This document shows positions 37,809-47,315 of a stretch of 64,000 nt of DNA, piece after piece. The translations under genes were made by a program, and so were the position numbers. Every line of letters starts with the position of its first letter. The first letter of the stretch is position 1. Source of the DNA: an uncultured Candidatus Binatia bacterium. GTDB lineage: Bacteria > Desulfobacterota > Binatia > UBA9968 > JAJDTQ01. The stretch covers positions 4,085,063 through 4,149,062 of the forward strand of contig OZ251459.1 of NCBI GenBank assembly GCA_965242525.1. Direction: 5' to 3'. The notes under the pieces were generated by a model that saw only the letters and a program-made list of their open reading frames with translations, was not told the origin of the DNA and searched no databases.

Positions 37809-37978
37809 GGAATGACGGAGTGGGGCGTCCGCAACGCCGAACCGAGGACGGTATGGTCGGAATGGGAGGGAATCAGACTTCATCGCGGGGAAGGGAAGTG
37901 TCACAGGCCACGCGAATCCGGAAGTGCCACAATAGCCTCGGCGGTTGCCGCGGACGGGCATGTGGCGTAAAGGAAGGC

Positions 37979-38836
37979 ATGGCGACAGGATGGATCGAGG
38001 TCCTCGTACAGGCGGAAGGTCCGGTGCAGGACCCCATATCGAACTTCCTGGCGGAGCAGGGGTCCACCGGCATGGTCTGCGGCGAGCGGTCTTTGCGCGC
38101 GTTCTTTCCGGCCGCGGAGGACGGCGCGGGTCTCAGGGAGAGGGTCCGGTCGTACCTGCGCGGGCTCCGCGGGGTCTTTCCCGACCATCCCCCGGTGCGC
38201 ACGCGCTGGCGGGCGGTGGCCCGGGAAAACTGGCACGACGCGTGGCGCGCGCGTTTCAAGCCGCAGAAGATCGGACGGCGGTTGCTGGTGACGCCGCCGT
38301 GGATCCGCCCCGCGGAGACCCGCCGCCGCGTGGTCTTCATCGAACCGGCCATGGCCTTCGGCACCGGGACCCACGAGACCACGCGCTGTTGCCTGGAGTT
38401 CATCGACGAGCTTTGCGCCGGCGGTGCGCCGGCCAAGGCCCTCGACGTGGGCACGGGTTCGGGCATCCTCGCCATCGCCCTGGCCGGGCTCGGGGTGCGC
38501 GAGGTGCTGGGGCTGGACAACGACCCGGTGGCGCTGGAGGCGGCCCGGGCGAACCTCGCGCTGAATGGGGTGGCCGGCGCGGTGACCCTGAGCGGCGCGC
38601 GCGTCGCCCAGGTGCGGCGCCGGTTCCCGCTGGTGGCGGCGAACATCCTGCTGGAGACCCTGGTGGGCATGGCCGCGTCCCTGACCCGGTGCGTGGCCGT
38701 TCGCGGGCGCCTGATCCTTTCCGGGCTGCTGCACCGCCACGTGCCCGAGGCGTTGCGCCGCTTCCCCGGCCTGCGGCTGGAGCGGCGCAAGGACCGGGGG
38801 GAGTGGAGCACGTTGCTGCTGCGGAAGGAGCCATGA
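37979..38836 (+). CDS. prmA: 50S ribosomal protein L11 methyltransferase
   Basis: 'ENWHDAW', 'IEPAMAFGTGTHETT', 'LDVGTGSGILAI', 'ANIL', 'LILSGL'. Confidence 0.95.
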   Translation: MATGWIEVLVQAEGPVQDPISNFLAEQGSTGMVCGERSLRAFFPAAEDGAGLRERVRSYLRGLRGVFPDHPPVRTRWRAVARENWHDAWRARFKPQKIGRRLLVTPPWIRPAETRRRVVFIEPAMAFGTGTHETTRCCLEFIDELCAGGAPAKALDVGTGSGILAIALAGLGVREVLGLDNDPVALEAARANLALNGVAGAVTLSGARVAQVRRRFPLVAANILLETLVGMAASLTRCVAVRGRLILSGLLHRHVPEALRRFPGLRLERRKDRGEWSTLLLRKEP

Positions 38837-39579
38837 GCCTGCCGCGTTTCTTCGTGCCCCCGGACGCGGTGCGCGACGGCGCCGCCGCGGTGGGGGGCCA
38901 GGAGCTCGCGCACATGCGCAAGGTCCTGCGCCTGCGGCCCGGCGCCCGGGTGTTGCTGTGGGACGGGGCCGGGACCGAGCACGAGGCGCGGGTGGACGCC
39001 TACGGCGATGGAGTCGCGGCCATGACCGTGGTACGGTCGTACCGCCCGGAGCGGGAGTCGCCCCTGGCCGTGACCCTGGCCCAGGCGGTGGGCAAGGGCG
39101 ACAAGATGGACTGGATCGTGGAGAAGTCCACGGAGTTGGGCGTGGCCTGCGTGGCCCCCTTCGTTTCGTCGCATACGGTGCCCCGGTTCGCCGGCGACAA
39201 GGGCGAGCGCCGCCGCGGCCGCTGGGAGAAGATCGCCGCGGCCGCGGCCCGGCAATCCGGCCGCACCCGGGTCCCCGCGGTCCTCGACGTGGGCCGGTTC
39301 GACGAGGTGCTGGCGCGAGACTGGCAGTGCGAGGCCAGGATGCTGTTCCTGGAAGGCCCAGGGGGCCGGCCGCTGGCGTCCGTCCGGGAGGATCTCGGGA
39401 GCCTGCGCTCCGTCCTCGTCATGGTGGGCCCGGAAGGAGGGTTCACTCTCGCGGAAGCCGAGGACGCCGCGGACCGCGGGTTCCGGCCGGTGCGGTTGGG
39501 CCGCCGCATCCTGCGCACGGAAACGGCTGCGTTGGCCGCGGTCTGTGCCGTCCAGTTGTTGTGGGGAGACCTGGGATGA
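38833..39579 (+). CDS. rsmE: 16S rRNA m3U1498 methyltransferase
   Basis: 'HMRKVLRL', 'KMDWIVEKSTELGV', 'VGPEGGF', 'LGRRILRTETA'. Confidence 0.95.
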   Translation: MSLPRFFVPPDAVRDGAAAVGGQELAHMRKVLRLRPGARVLLWDGAGTEHEARVDAYGDGVAAMTVVRSYRPERESPLAVTLAQAVGKGDKMDWIVEKSTELGVACVAPFVSSHTVPRFAGDKGERRRGRWEKIAAAAARQSGRTRVPAVLDVGRFDEVLARDWQCEARMLFLEGPGGRPLASVREDLGSLRSVLVMVGPEGGFTLAEAEDAADRGFRPVRLGRRILRTETAALAAVCAVQLLWGDLG

Positions 39580-39620
39580 GCCGAGACAGTCGCACGACCG
39601 GAAACCCCGGACGACCGTCT

Positions 39621-39659
39621 CCGTTCGTCCTGAGCGTAGCGTAGCGAAGTCGAAGGACG
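39621..39659 (+). repeat. Palindromic repeat family A, copy 7 (TIR-like GGAAACCCCGGAC at 39600-39612)
   Basis: Variant core GCGTAGCGTAGCGAAG. Confidence 0.88.
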
Positions 39660-39712
39660 TGTCTTCCCAAGGGAGATGCGGCATCGTTCAGCCATTCCGA
39701 CAGGAGGTTCGC

Positions 39713-39907
39713 ATGGACAAACATACGGAAGAGACCCTGGGCCGGTTGCTGCGCCGGGCCGGCATGGAGATGGCCGAAAGCGACCGGGAGCGATTCCTCC
39801 CGATGCTGGACGCCTACATGGAAAGCCTGGAGCGGCTCCACTCCATCAACCTGGCGGGCGAGGAAGTGGGCGGGGTGTTTCGGCCGGAACCCGGCGAGGA
39901 CCGGTAG
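39713..39907 (+). CDS. Small GatC/AtzG-like amidase accessory protein
   Basis: 64 aa, AGGAGG RBS, helical 'RLLRRAGMEM...LERLHSINL...VFRP', directly upstream of an amidase. Confidence 0.65.
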   Translation: MDKHTEETLGRLLRRAGMEMAESDRERFLPMLDAYMESLERLHSINLAGEEVGGVFRPEPGEDR

Positions 39908-39921
39908 CCCGAGGAGCGGAC

Positions 39922-41295
39922 ATGTCGGAACTGTGTTTCTCCAGTATTGACAGCATGGCTCCGCGCCTGCGGAAGCGCGAGGTCTCCCCCGTCGAGTTGA
40001 CCCGGGCCTACCTGGACCGGGTCCATGCCCTCGACCCCGAACTGCACGCCTACGTCAACCTCATGGAGGAGAGCGCGCTGGCGGAGGCCCGGGCCGCGGA
40101 GCAGGAAATCGGGCAGGGCCGGTACCGGGGACCGCTCCACGGGGTTCCGGTGGCGGTGAAGGACCAGTACGACGTCGCGGGCGCGCCGGCCGCGGTGCGC
40201 ATCCCGCAGCCCGCTGGTCCCGGCGAGGACTCCACCGCGGTGCGCCGCCTGCGCGAGGCCGGGGCGGTGCTGCTGGGCAAGCTCAACATGAGCGGCCTTC
40301 CCGGCGGCGTCCCGGCCGCCCGCAACCCCTGGAACCTCGACCACGTGCCGGGAGGCTCCAGCACGGGTTCGGGCGCGGGGATCGCCGCGGGACTGTGCAT
40401 GGGCTCGTTGGGGGAGGACACCGCGGGGTCGATCCGGAACCCCGCCTCCTACTCCGGCATATCCGGTCTGAAGCCCACCTACGGACGGGTCAGCCGGTTC
40501 GGCCTGGCGCCGCTGGGCTGGTCGCTGGACACCGTGGGACCCATGACCCGGGTGGTGGAGGACCTCGCGCACATGCTCCAGGTCCTCGCCGGGTTCGACC
40601 CCAGGGACCCCACTTGCAGTCCGGCGGCGGTGTCCGACTACGGCGCGGACCTGCGGGCCGGGGTCTCGGGCCTGGCGGTGGGGGTCCCGCGGGAGTACAT
40701 GAAGCTCGTCGAGACCGACCCCGAAGTGCTGGGCTGCCTGGAGCGGGCGCTGGCCGCGCTGGAGTCCCTGGGGGCCAAGGTCCGGGACGTGGCGGTTCCG
40801 AGCATGGAGTTCGCCACCATCGCCAACGGCCTCATCTACTCCTGCGAGTTCTACAACATCTGCCGGGCCGACATGGACGAGGCGTTGCAGGGCGAGGCTT
40901 CCGAATCCCGCCGGGCGCGCATGTTCCTGGGCGCGGTTTCCACCTGCGGCGACTATATCCAGGCCCAGCGCATGCGCAGCCGCCTGAGGCGGGAGTTGGC
41001 CGAGGTCTTCCGGGAGGTCCACGTGATGGCCCTGCCCACCAACCCCACGCCCGCGCCAAGGGCCGGGGAGCTCGACGGCCTGGACGCGGTGTACAAGATG
41101 CTGCGCCCGGACTTCGTGTCGCCGGCCAACCTCGCGGGCATCCCCGCCCTGGCCATCCCGTGCGGCTTCGACTCCAGGGGGCTGCCCGTGGGCATGCAAC
41201 TCTGGGGCAAGGCGTTCGGGGAATCCACGGTGCTGCGCGCGGGTTACGCCTACCAGCAGCACGCGGGCTGGCGCGAGCGCCGTCCGCCGGAGTAG
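39922..41295 (+). CDS. Amidase-signature family enzyme
   Basis: 'GPLHGVPVAVKD', 'PGGSSTGSG', 'LGEDTAGSIRNPA', 'GLPVGMQL'. Confidence 0.92.
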   Translation: MSELCFSSIDSMAPRLRKREVSPVELTRAYLDRVHALDPELHAYVNLMEESALAEARAAEQEIGQGRYRGPLHGVPVAVKDQYDVAGAPAAVRIPQPAGPGEDSTAVRRLREAGAVLLGKLNMSGLPGGVPAARNPWNLDHVPGGSSTGSGAGIAAGLCMGSLGEDTAGSIRNPASYSGISGLKPTYGRVSRFGLAPLGWSLDTVGPMTRVVEDLAHMLQVLAGFDPRDPTCSPAAVSDYGADLRAGVSGLAVGVPREYMKLVETDPEVLGCLERALAALESLGAKVRDVAVPSMEFATIANGLIYSCEFYNICRADMDEALQGEASESRRARMFLGAVSTCGDYIQAQRMRSRLRRELAEVFREVHVMALPTNPTPAPRAGELDGLDAVYKMLRPDFVSPANLAGIPALAIPCGFDSRGLPVGMQLWGKAFGESTVLRAGYAYQQHAGWRERRPPE

Positions 41296-41470
41296 GGGGG
41301 ACGGGACGGAGCGGGCCGCACGGTACTTCCGGCCGGAGGCCATCGTGTCGGACCGGAACCACACGGCCCGGCCGTCATCGACGAGGTCCCGGGGCCAAAC
41401 GCAGGGAGACTCTACGGCCTGTAACGGAGCATCGGCCCATGGAGCCGCAAGTCGGCGAAAGGAGACCCTC

Positions 41471-42559
41471 ATGGACGGCGTCATCGACGCGGATACCCAC
41501 GTGGTCGAATCGGAAGCGGTGTGGGAGTTCATGGACGAGGACATGTACGACCGCAGGCCGATCCTGCTCCGGGCGCCCAGCGACACCCTGTACCAGGGGT
41601 CCAACGCGTTCTGGCTCATCGACGGACAGATCTTCCCCAAGTCCGCGGGCAAGGGCAGCGCCCGGCTCAGCTCCCCCGCGGAGCAGGACCGGCAGTGGAA
41701 CCGGCGCGACATCGACCTCGGTGTCCGGCAGTTGACCGACCCCGCGGCCCGGGTGAAGGAGTTGGACAAGCGCGGCGTGGAGGCGGAGGTGATCTACTCG
41801 ACCCTCTGGGGCGTCTATCTCACCGACGACGTGGACCTCGACGTGGCGCTCTGCCGCGCCTACAACCGCTGGATGGGAGAGGTCTGGTCCCAGGGAGGGA
41901 ACCGGCTGCGGTGGACCGCGGTCTTCCCGCTGACCTCCATCGAGGAGTCCGTCAAGCAGTTGCACTACGCCAAGGAGCACGGCGCGGTGGGCGTTTACAT
42001 GCGCGGCATCGAGGGGGACCGTTCGCTGGCCGAGCCCTATTTCTTTCCGCTCTACGAGGAAGCGAGCCACCTCGACTTCCCCATCTGCATCCACATCGGC
42101 GCGGGCTCGCCGGCCATATCGAGCGTGTTCGACGTCCGGGTGAGCCACACGCTGCCGCACCTGCGCATGCTGCCGTTGATCGCCTTCCGGGACCTGGTGG
42201 CCAACCGCATCCCCGAGTCGTTCCCGAACCTGCGGTTCGGTTTCGTGGAGGCCAGCGCTTCCTGGGTCCCGTACCTGCTGCACCAGCTCCGACGCACCAC
42301 CCGACCGGGAGACTTCCCCCTGGGGCCGGAACTGTTCGAGGAATGCCGGCTCTGGGTCGTGTGCGAGGTGGACGAAGACCTGCCCATGCTGCTCGACTAC
42401 ATCCACGAAGACCACATCATGATCGGCTCCGATTACGGCCACCTCGACCAGTCCTTCGAGGACAACGTGGCCAGCAAGCTGCGGGCGCGCGACGACATCC
42501 CGCCGCGCGTGGCGGAGAAGATCCTCGGCGACAACGCCCGGACCTTCTACGGACTGTAG
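41471..42559 (+). CDS. Amidohydrolase_2 family protein
   Basis: 'IDADTHVVE', 'CRAYNRW', 'ICIH', 'GFVEA', 'GSDYGH'. Confidence 0.9.
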   Translation: MDGVIDADTHVVESEAVWEFMDEDMYDRRPILLRAPSDTLYQGSNAFWLIDGQIFPKSAGKGSARLSSPAEQDRQWNRRDIDLGVRQLTDPAARVKELDKRGVEAEVIYSTLWGVYLTDDVDLDVALCRAYNRWMGEVWSQGGNRLRWTAVFPLTSIEESVKQLHYAKEHGAVGVYMRGIEGDRSLAEPYFFPLYEEASHLDFPICIHIGAGSPAISSVFDVRVSHTLPHLRMLPLIAFRDLVANRIPESFPNLRFGFVEASASWVPYLLHQLRRTTRPGDFPLGPELFEECRLWVVCEVDEDLPMLLDYIHEDHIMIGSDYGHLDQSFEDNVASKLRARDDIPPRVAEKILGDNARTFYGL

Positions 42560-42637
42560 CCCGCGAAGGGGCAACGGCCGAAGCGCGGAACGGCCGAAGC
42601 GCGGGGACCCTCCCGGAACCCGAACGGGCAAGGAGCG

Positions 42638-45604
42638 CTATGGCTGCCCGGCCGTCGGGCCGGGGTCGGCGGCCGGTTCGCTGGCCGCGGCGAGGATGTC
42701 GTGGACGTCGCTCGGATTCCGGGATACGGCCCAGCGCCAGCGGCCGAAGCCGCGGTGGGCGTTGACCGCGGCGACCCATTCGTCGAGGAAGCGGCGCTTG
42801 GTGTGGTCCCGGTCGCGCTCCCTTCCCTTGACCTCCAGCACCAGCATGTGGCCGGACGCGAGCCGGACGAGGAAGTCCGGGCGGTATTTGTGGACCACCC
42901 CGGTGTGGACGTAGAAGACCTCGAAGCCCAGGTGGTCGTTCTTCACCCAGGCGTCCACCAGCGGGCTTCGGTCCAGTGCATGGGCTTCCGACGCCTCCCA
43001 CGTCCCGTCATGGACGCAGAAGTTGACATGGCTGCGCTCGGTGCGGTCGCACGGGCGGCCGGTGTACCAGGTCGCCATGTCGCCGGTGGAGCGGATGGGG
43101 CGGTCCCGGTCGAAGACGGGCGTGAGCGTTTCGGCGTTCTCGAAGCGGATGGCGCGCCAGACGTGCTGCACGACCCGGGTCATGTTCAGGGTCAGCATGA
43201 GCCGCCGCTTCAGTGGGTCCTGCGCGAACAGGCGCGGCTCGATGACGACGCGCTCGGAGCGGACGAACCGTTCCACCAGCCGGACCACCTGGGCGAGCAG
43301 CGCCTCGCGGCTTCCGCGCCAGTCCGCCTTCATCCCGTCGTACACGTCCCGCGCGGTCTCGAAGACGATGCGCTGGGTGCGGAACTCCCGCGCCAGGCGC
43401 TCCAGGTCGATGGCCGCCAGCAGGGTCATGTCCGGCTTGCCCTCCACCACCGGCGCCAGTTCCGCGAGCCGGGGGGTCCGGCTGGCGTCGAGGGTCAGCG
43501 GCTCCACTTCCTCCCAATCGAGGGTCAGGCGCGGGCGGAACAGGCGGTGGATGCGCAGGACGTTGGGCCAGCGGATCTCGAACGCGGCCTTGTCCCTGTC
43601 GGGTCCGACAGCGGTCTTCGGCGCGGGCGGCGGCGGCACCGTGTCGTCCGGCGATTCGTGCGGCAGGAAGGTGAAGGGCACGCCGAAGACGTTGACGTAT
43701 TCCGGCTCGAACAGGCCGGTGTCCGGGGCCGCCTCGTAGGCGGTGCGCCGCAGGCCCCGGCCCACCACCTGTTCGCACAGCAACTGGCTGGCGAAGGCGC
43801 GCAGGCCCATGACGTGGGTCACGGTCTTGGCGTCCCACCCCTCCGAGAGCATGCCCACCGAGATCACGTTGCGGATCCGTCCGCCGGGCTGGCCGGGGCG
43901 GCCCACGGTGTCCACCTGCCGGCGCAGGAGCTCGGCCCGCTGCCTCGCGTTGAGCTTGCGGGGCCGGGCGCCGGTTTCGCCGCCACCCTCGGCTCCGGCG
44001 CCGGTTCCGGTTCCCGCTCCGGCTCCGCCACTGGCTCCGGTTCCGCCGCTGGCTCCGGTTCCTGCTCCGGCTCCGCCATCAACTCCGCCGCCAACTCCCG
44101 CCCCGGCTCCGCCGCCGTCGTCCCCGACCGCGGCGACCGGCTCAGCCGCGTCCTGGGCCTCGGCCTCGCTCAACACCCTGGAGTCGATGTGCAGCGTCCG
44201 TTCCGGGTCGCAAAGCTCGTCGATGTGGACCCTCCCGGTGTCGAAGGCGTGCTTGACCCGCGCCGCGGTCTCGGTGCGGTTGGCGACGGTGATCATCGTG
44301 GGCGAGGTCTCGAACCCCGCGGCGGCCCATCGCCCCGCGGTCTCGCGCCAGTCGTATCCCAGCAGGTAGTAGCCGTTGAGCACCAGGTCGGGGAGCGGCT
44401 CCTCGGCCCTGGCCCGGCGGTTCAGGTCGTCCTTGACCTCCGGGTCGTTGTAGATGTGGTACAGGCGGGACTTCCAGGTTGCGGCGTCGGGCATGGCGTC
44501 GTCCCGGACCACCACCCGCGGCGTCTTGACGAGGCCGGCCTCGATGGCGTCGTTCAACCCGAAGTCGCTCACGATCCAGTCGAACAACGCCTCCTCCGAG
44601 CTCTTCCGGCCCGACGGGGCGAAGGGGGTCGCGGAAAAGTCGTAGCAGGCAAGGATGCCGCGGGCCTGGTGGATGCGGTCGAGACCCCCCACCCACTTGG
44701 TGGCCTCCTCGACTTGGGCCTTGTCGATGCCCCTTGTGCCGGAACGCTCCGGGACGCGCCACGCGTGGTGCGCTTCGTCGTTGATGACCAGGAGGCCGCG
44801 GGCCTTGGCCATGTCGCCGAGCATGTCCCGGACGTAGGCTTCGTCGCTCCTGGCCCCGCGCTTGTCCACGCCCCTCTTCCCCGCGGCCTTCTCGTCCGTC
44901 TCCCAGTTGAGCGCGTGCCAGTTGCGGACCGCCACCCTGCCGCGCCGGAGCCGGTCCAGCATTGCGGAAGGCACGATGCGGAACGCCTCGTAGTAGTTCT
45001 CCGGGTGCGAGGGTTCGAGCACCGCCAGGCGGCTCTTGACGGTGAGGCCCGGGGCGACCACCAGCACGTTCCCGGAAAACCGGCGGTCCTGCGGATGGGC
45101 GACCTTGTTCAGGACCTGCCACGCCACCACCATCGCCATGACCACGGTCTTGCCGGCCCCGGTGGCCATCTTGGCGCAAACGCGCCGGAAGCCGCCCCCG
45201 TCCGAGGGAACCTCGACCCCGGTCCTCTCCGCCGCGGGCGCCTCGGTCAGCCAGACCAGCGTTTCGACCGCTTCGAGCTGGCAGAAGAAGAAGCGCCGGG
45301 TCTCGAACTCCTCCGGGTCGTTCCAGTACCGGAGCAGGCGCCGGGTGACCGCGGAGGCCCCGGGCCAGCCCGCTTCGCGCCACGCCTTGACCCGCGGGCG
45401 GATGTGGTTGACCAGCGGGATTTCGACGAACACCCCGGGGTCGTCGAAAGCGCGGGAGTCCTCGGAGGCGACCACGTATCCGGCCGGGCGGCGGCCCGGC
45501 GCGAGGTCGAACAGGCGCGTCGTCCGGTCGTAACGCCAGTGGCGCGCCGGCTCCTCGTAGGGCGAGTTGACGATGAGGCGGTCGATGGTGGTCCGCGGCG
45601 TCAT
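42638..45604 (-). CDS. res: Type III restriction enzyme Res subunit (SF2 helicase + PD-(D/E)XK nuclease)
   Basis: 'KMATGAGKT', 'INDEAHH', 'FSATP', 'MLSEGWD', 'QVVGRGLR', 'YRPDFLV...LEVKG'. Confidence 0.92.
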   Translation of the reverse strand: MTPRTTIDRLIVNSPYEEPARHWRYDRTTRLFDLAPGRRPAGYVVASEDSRAFDDPGVFVEIPLVNHIRPRVKAWREAGWPGASAVTRRLLRYWNDPEEFETRRFFFCQLEAVETLVWLTEAPAAERTGVEVPSDGGGFRRVCAKMATGAGKTVVMAMVVAWQVLNKVAHPQDRRFSGNVLVVAPGLTVKSRLAVLEPSHPENYYEAFRIVPSAMLDRLRRGRVAVRNWHALNWETDEKAAGKRGVDKRGARSDEAYVRDMLGDMAKARGLLVINDEAHHAWRVPERSGTRGIDKAQVEEATKWVGGLDRIHQARGILACYDFSATPFAPSGRKSSEEALFDWIVSDFGLNDAIEAGLVKTPRVVVRDDAMPDAATWKSRLYHIYNDPEVKDDLNRRARAEEPLPDLVLNGYYLLGYDWRETAGRWAAAGFETSPTMITVANRTETAARVKHAFDTGRVHIDELCDPERTLHIDSRVLSEAEAQDAAEPVAAVGDDGGGAGAGVGGGVDGGAGAGTGASGGTGASGGAGAGTGTGAGAEGGGETGARPRKLNARQRAELLRRQVDTVGRPGQPGGRIRNVISVGMLSEGWDAKTVTHVMGLRAFASQLLCEQVVGRGLRRTAYEAAPDTGLFEPEYVNVFGVPFTFLPHESPDDTVPPPPAPKTAVGPDRDKAAFEIRWPNVLRIHRLFRPRLTLDWEEVEPLTLDASRTPRLAELAPVVEGKPDMTLLAAIDLERLAREFRTQRIVFETARDVYDGMKADWRGSREALLAQVVRLVERFVRSERVVIEPRLFAQDPLKRRLMLTLNMTRVVQHVWRAIRFENAETLTPVFDRDRPIRSTGDMATWYTGRPCDRTERSHVNFCVHDGTWEASEAHALDRSPLVDAWVKNDHLGFEVFYVHTGVVHKYRPDFLVRLASGHMLVLEVKGRERDRDHTKRRFLDEWVAAVNAHRGFGRWRWAVSRNPSDVHDILAAASEPAADPGPTAGQP
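43975..44125 (-). repeat. Gly/Ala-rich low-complexity coding repeat inside res
   Basis: GCTCCG/GTTCCG-type units encoding GGGAGAGVGGGVDGGAGAGTGASGGTGASGGAGAGTG. Confidence 0.85.
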
Positions 45605-45668
45605 TGGGTCTCCGGGGGAACCAGCGGTTCGAGTTGCGCGATCAACGGAGGCAGGCCGGGCCATGTGC

Positions 45669-45853
45669 GGAAACTCCGAACGATCGACCTGTGGACGGGG
45701 GTATTGCTTCGCATGACCTTCCTATCCCGGCGGCAGGGACGGCAGGGTGAGAGGGGCATTCCTTCGCATGACCTTCCCATCCTCGTTCGTCCTGAGCGTA
45801 GCGAAGCGAAGTCGAAGGACGCGCTCTCCCTCCGGTGGTTGTTCAGGGTTTCC
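45669..45853. mobile_element. 185-bp MITE-like element containing repeat family A copy 8 (45784-45825)
   Basis: GGAAACTCCGAAC (45669-45681) ... GTTCAGGGTTTCC (45841-45853); internal duplication of CTTCGCATGACCTTCC. Confidence 0.6.
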
Positions 45854-45905
45854 TTGCGTAGGTCCGAAATTGACACGTCATCCATCTCTGTGCGACACTT
45901 CATGC

Positions 45906-46241
45906 GTGCCGATCCGGGACTACGACCAGTTGCGCGACGCCCTCGAAGACGCTGCCGACCGCGAGGCGCTGCGCCAAAGCCGGGCCAGCGGCGAGGAACT
46001 CGTGCCGGACGCGCTTGTGGACCGTCTCGGCGATGGCAACCCGGTCCGGGTCTGGCGCGAGTACCGCGGGTTGACCGCCACTGCGCTGGCCCGCCGGGTG
46101 AGGGTGTCCAACGCGCAGTTGTCCGCGATAGAAAACGGCGCCGCCACAGGATCCGTGCAGACGTTGCGTGACATCGCGGATGCCCTCAGCGTGACAGTGG
46201 ACGATCTGCTTCCTGCCGCCGGCCGGGAGCCTGCGCCGTAG
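45906..46241 (+). CDS. XRE-family HTH protein, possibly 5'-truncated
   Basis: 'NPVRVWREYRGLTATALARRVRVSNAQLSAIENG...LRDIADALSV'; no clear RBS; opposite strand to the R-M genes. Confidence 0.75.
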   Translation: MPIRDYDQLRDALEDAADREALRQSRASGEELVPDALVDRLGDGNPVRVWREYRGLTATALARRVRVSNAQLSAIENGAATGSVQTLRDIADALSVTVDDLLPAAGREPAP

Positions 46242-46253
46242 GAAACTCCGAAC

Positions 46254-46274
46254 AGTCGCGTCGTCACGCCGCAT
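46254..46274 (-). pseudogene. N-terminal stub of a second HepT/DUF86 gene
   Basis: An ATG overlapping the MNT 3' end gives MRRDDA, a DUF86-like start, which then runs into the TIR-like motif at 46241-46253. Confidence 0.45.
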
Positions 46275-46575
46275 AGATCGTCTCCGCTGTTCCGAGAATC
46301 TCTGCACGGCGGAGGTAATTGCGGCTTCGTTCGACGCCGGAACGTTCGATCATATCCACTTTCCTGCCAAGGATTTCGGAAAATTCCTGTTCCATGCCGG
46401 CCATATCGAAGAGGCTAATCCTTCGGTCCGGCTCGAAATCCACCAGTAGGTCGATGTCGCTGTCAGGTCCGAAGTCTGCGCGGAGGGCGGAGCCGAAAAT
46501 GGCGAGTCGTGTGATCCCGTTGGCACGGCAGTACTCGGTGAGACGATCCGTTGGAACCGGTATATTGAAATTCAT
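46264..46575 (-). CDS. MntA-like minimal nucleotidyltransferase (second copy)
   Basis: 'LAIFGSALRADFGPDSDIDLLVDF...LGRKVD'. Confidence 0.9.
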   Translation of the reverse strand: MNFNIPVPTDRLTEYCRANGITRLAIFGSALRADFGPDSDIDLLVDFEPDRRISLFDMAGMEQEFSEILGRKVDMIERSGVERSRNYLRRAEILGTAETIYAA

Positions 46576-46652
46576 GAAGCGATCTCCTGGACGCGGGCAT
46601 TCGATTCTGTGAGTGGATACAGGGTAATCGTTTCTGATGTGTTCCATCACTC

Positions 46653-46985
46653 CTATGGCACGAGCTCTTCGAGCTTGGCAATCAATCCGGGCAGATCTTC
46701 CTGCACGGTTTGCCACAGTATGTCGAGATTGATGTCGAAATACACATGGACGAGTCGGTTGCGCATGGCAACGACCTGCGTCCAGGGGATGGACGGACAT
46801 CGTCGCCGAGTCTCATCTCCCACTTGAGCCGCGGCTTCTCCAATCATCTCGACGGCTTTCATCAGCGAGAGCTCGAGCCCTTCATCCACGTCGAGATCAT
46901 GGCGCGTCCGTCCTTGCGCTACCCGCAGCGCCTTGCGTGCGGCGTCCAGCATATGACGCAGACGGATTTCGTCATTCTCTTGCAT
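46653..46985 (-). CDS. HepT/DUF86 HEPN toxin
   Basis: 'EMIGEAA', 'IPW', HEPN RxxxxH motif 'MRNRLVHVY'. Confidence 0.92.
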   Translation of the reverse strand: MQENDEIRLRHMLDAARKALRVAQGRTRHDLDVDEGLELSLMKAVEMIGEAAAQVGDETRRRCPSIPWTQVVAMRNRLVHVYFDINLDILWQTVQEDLPGLIAKLEELVP

Positions 46986-47274
46986 ACTGCACTTGCGCCT
47001 CGTCAAGCACTGCCTGGCGAAAGTAGCGGCTCAGATCTTCCGGAGTGCGAAGATCGACCGTCCGTCCCAACATCCGACCTAGTTCCAACTCCATGCCGGC
47101 AATCCCCAACAGTCCGGGAGTACGGCCGGTCTCGAACTCCACGAGTAAGTCAACATCGCTGTCCGGTCGGAAATCGGGCCGGAGCGCGGAGCCAAAGACG
47201 GCGAGTCGTGCAATTCCATTGGCTCGGCAGAACGACGCGATCTGGCCTCTAGGAATGGGAATCTTCGGATTCAT
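46972..47274 (-). CDS. MntA-like minimal nucleotidyltransferase
   Basis: '[24 protein letters not shown]...LGRTVDL'; overlaps hepT. Confidence 0.92.
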   Translation of the reverse strand: MNPKIPIPRGQIASFCRANGIARLAVFGSALRPDFRPDSDVDLLVEFETGRTPGLLGIAGMELELGRMLGRTVDLRTPEDLSRYFRQAVLDEAQVQYARE

Positions 47275-47315
47275 TGCTCTCTCCTGAATATCGGTGGACA
47301 AGGCGAAATCCGTAC

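Noticed and set aside
42573-42604. Short direct repeat AACGGCCGAAGCGCGG x2 between convergent genes
   Set aside because: Only two copies and no further structure; probably a local slippage duplication.
42701-46171. Long alternative-frame and antisense ORFs (for example 42701..46171, 61778..63574, 17174..19546, 4416..6644)
   Set aside because: Shadow ORFs expected at high GC; they overlap well-supported genes and have no recognisable motifs.
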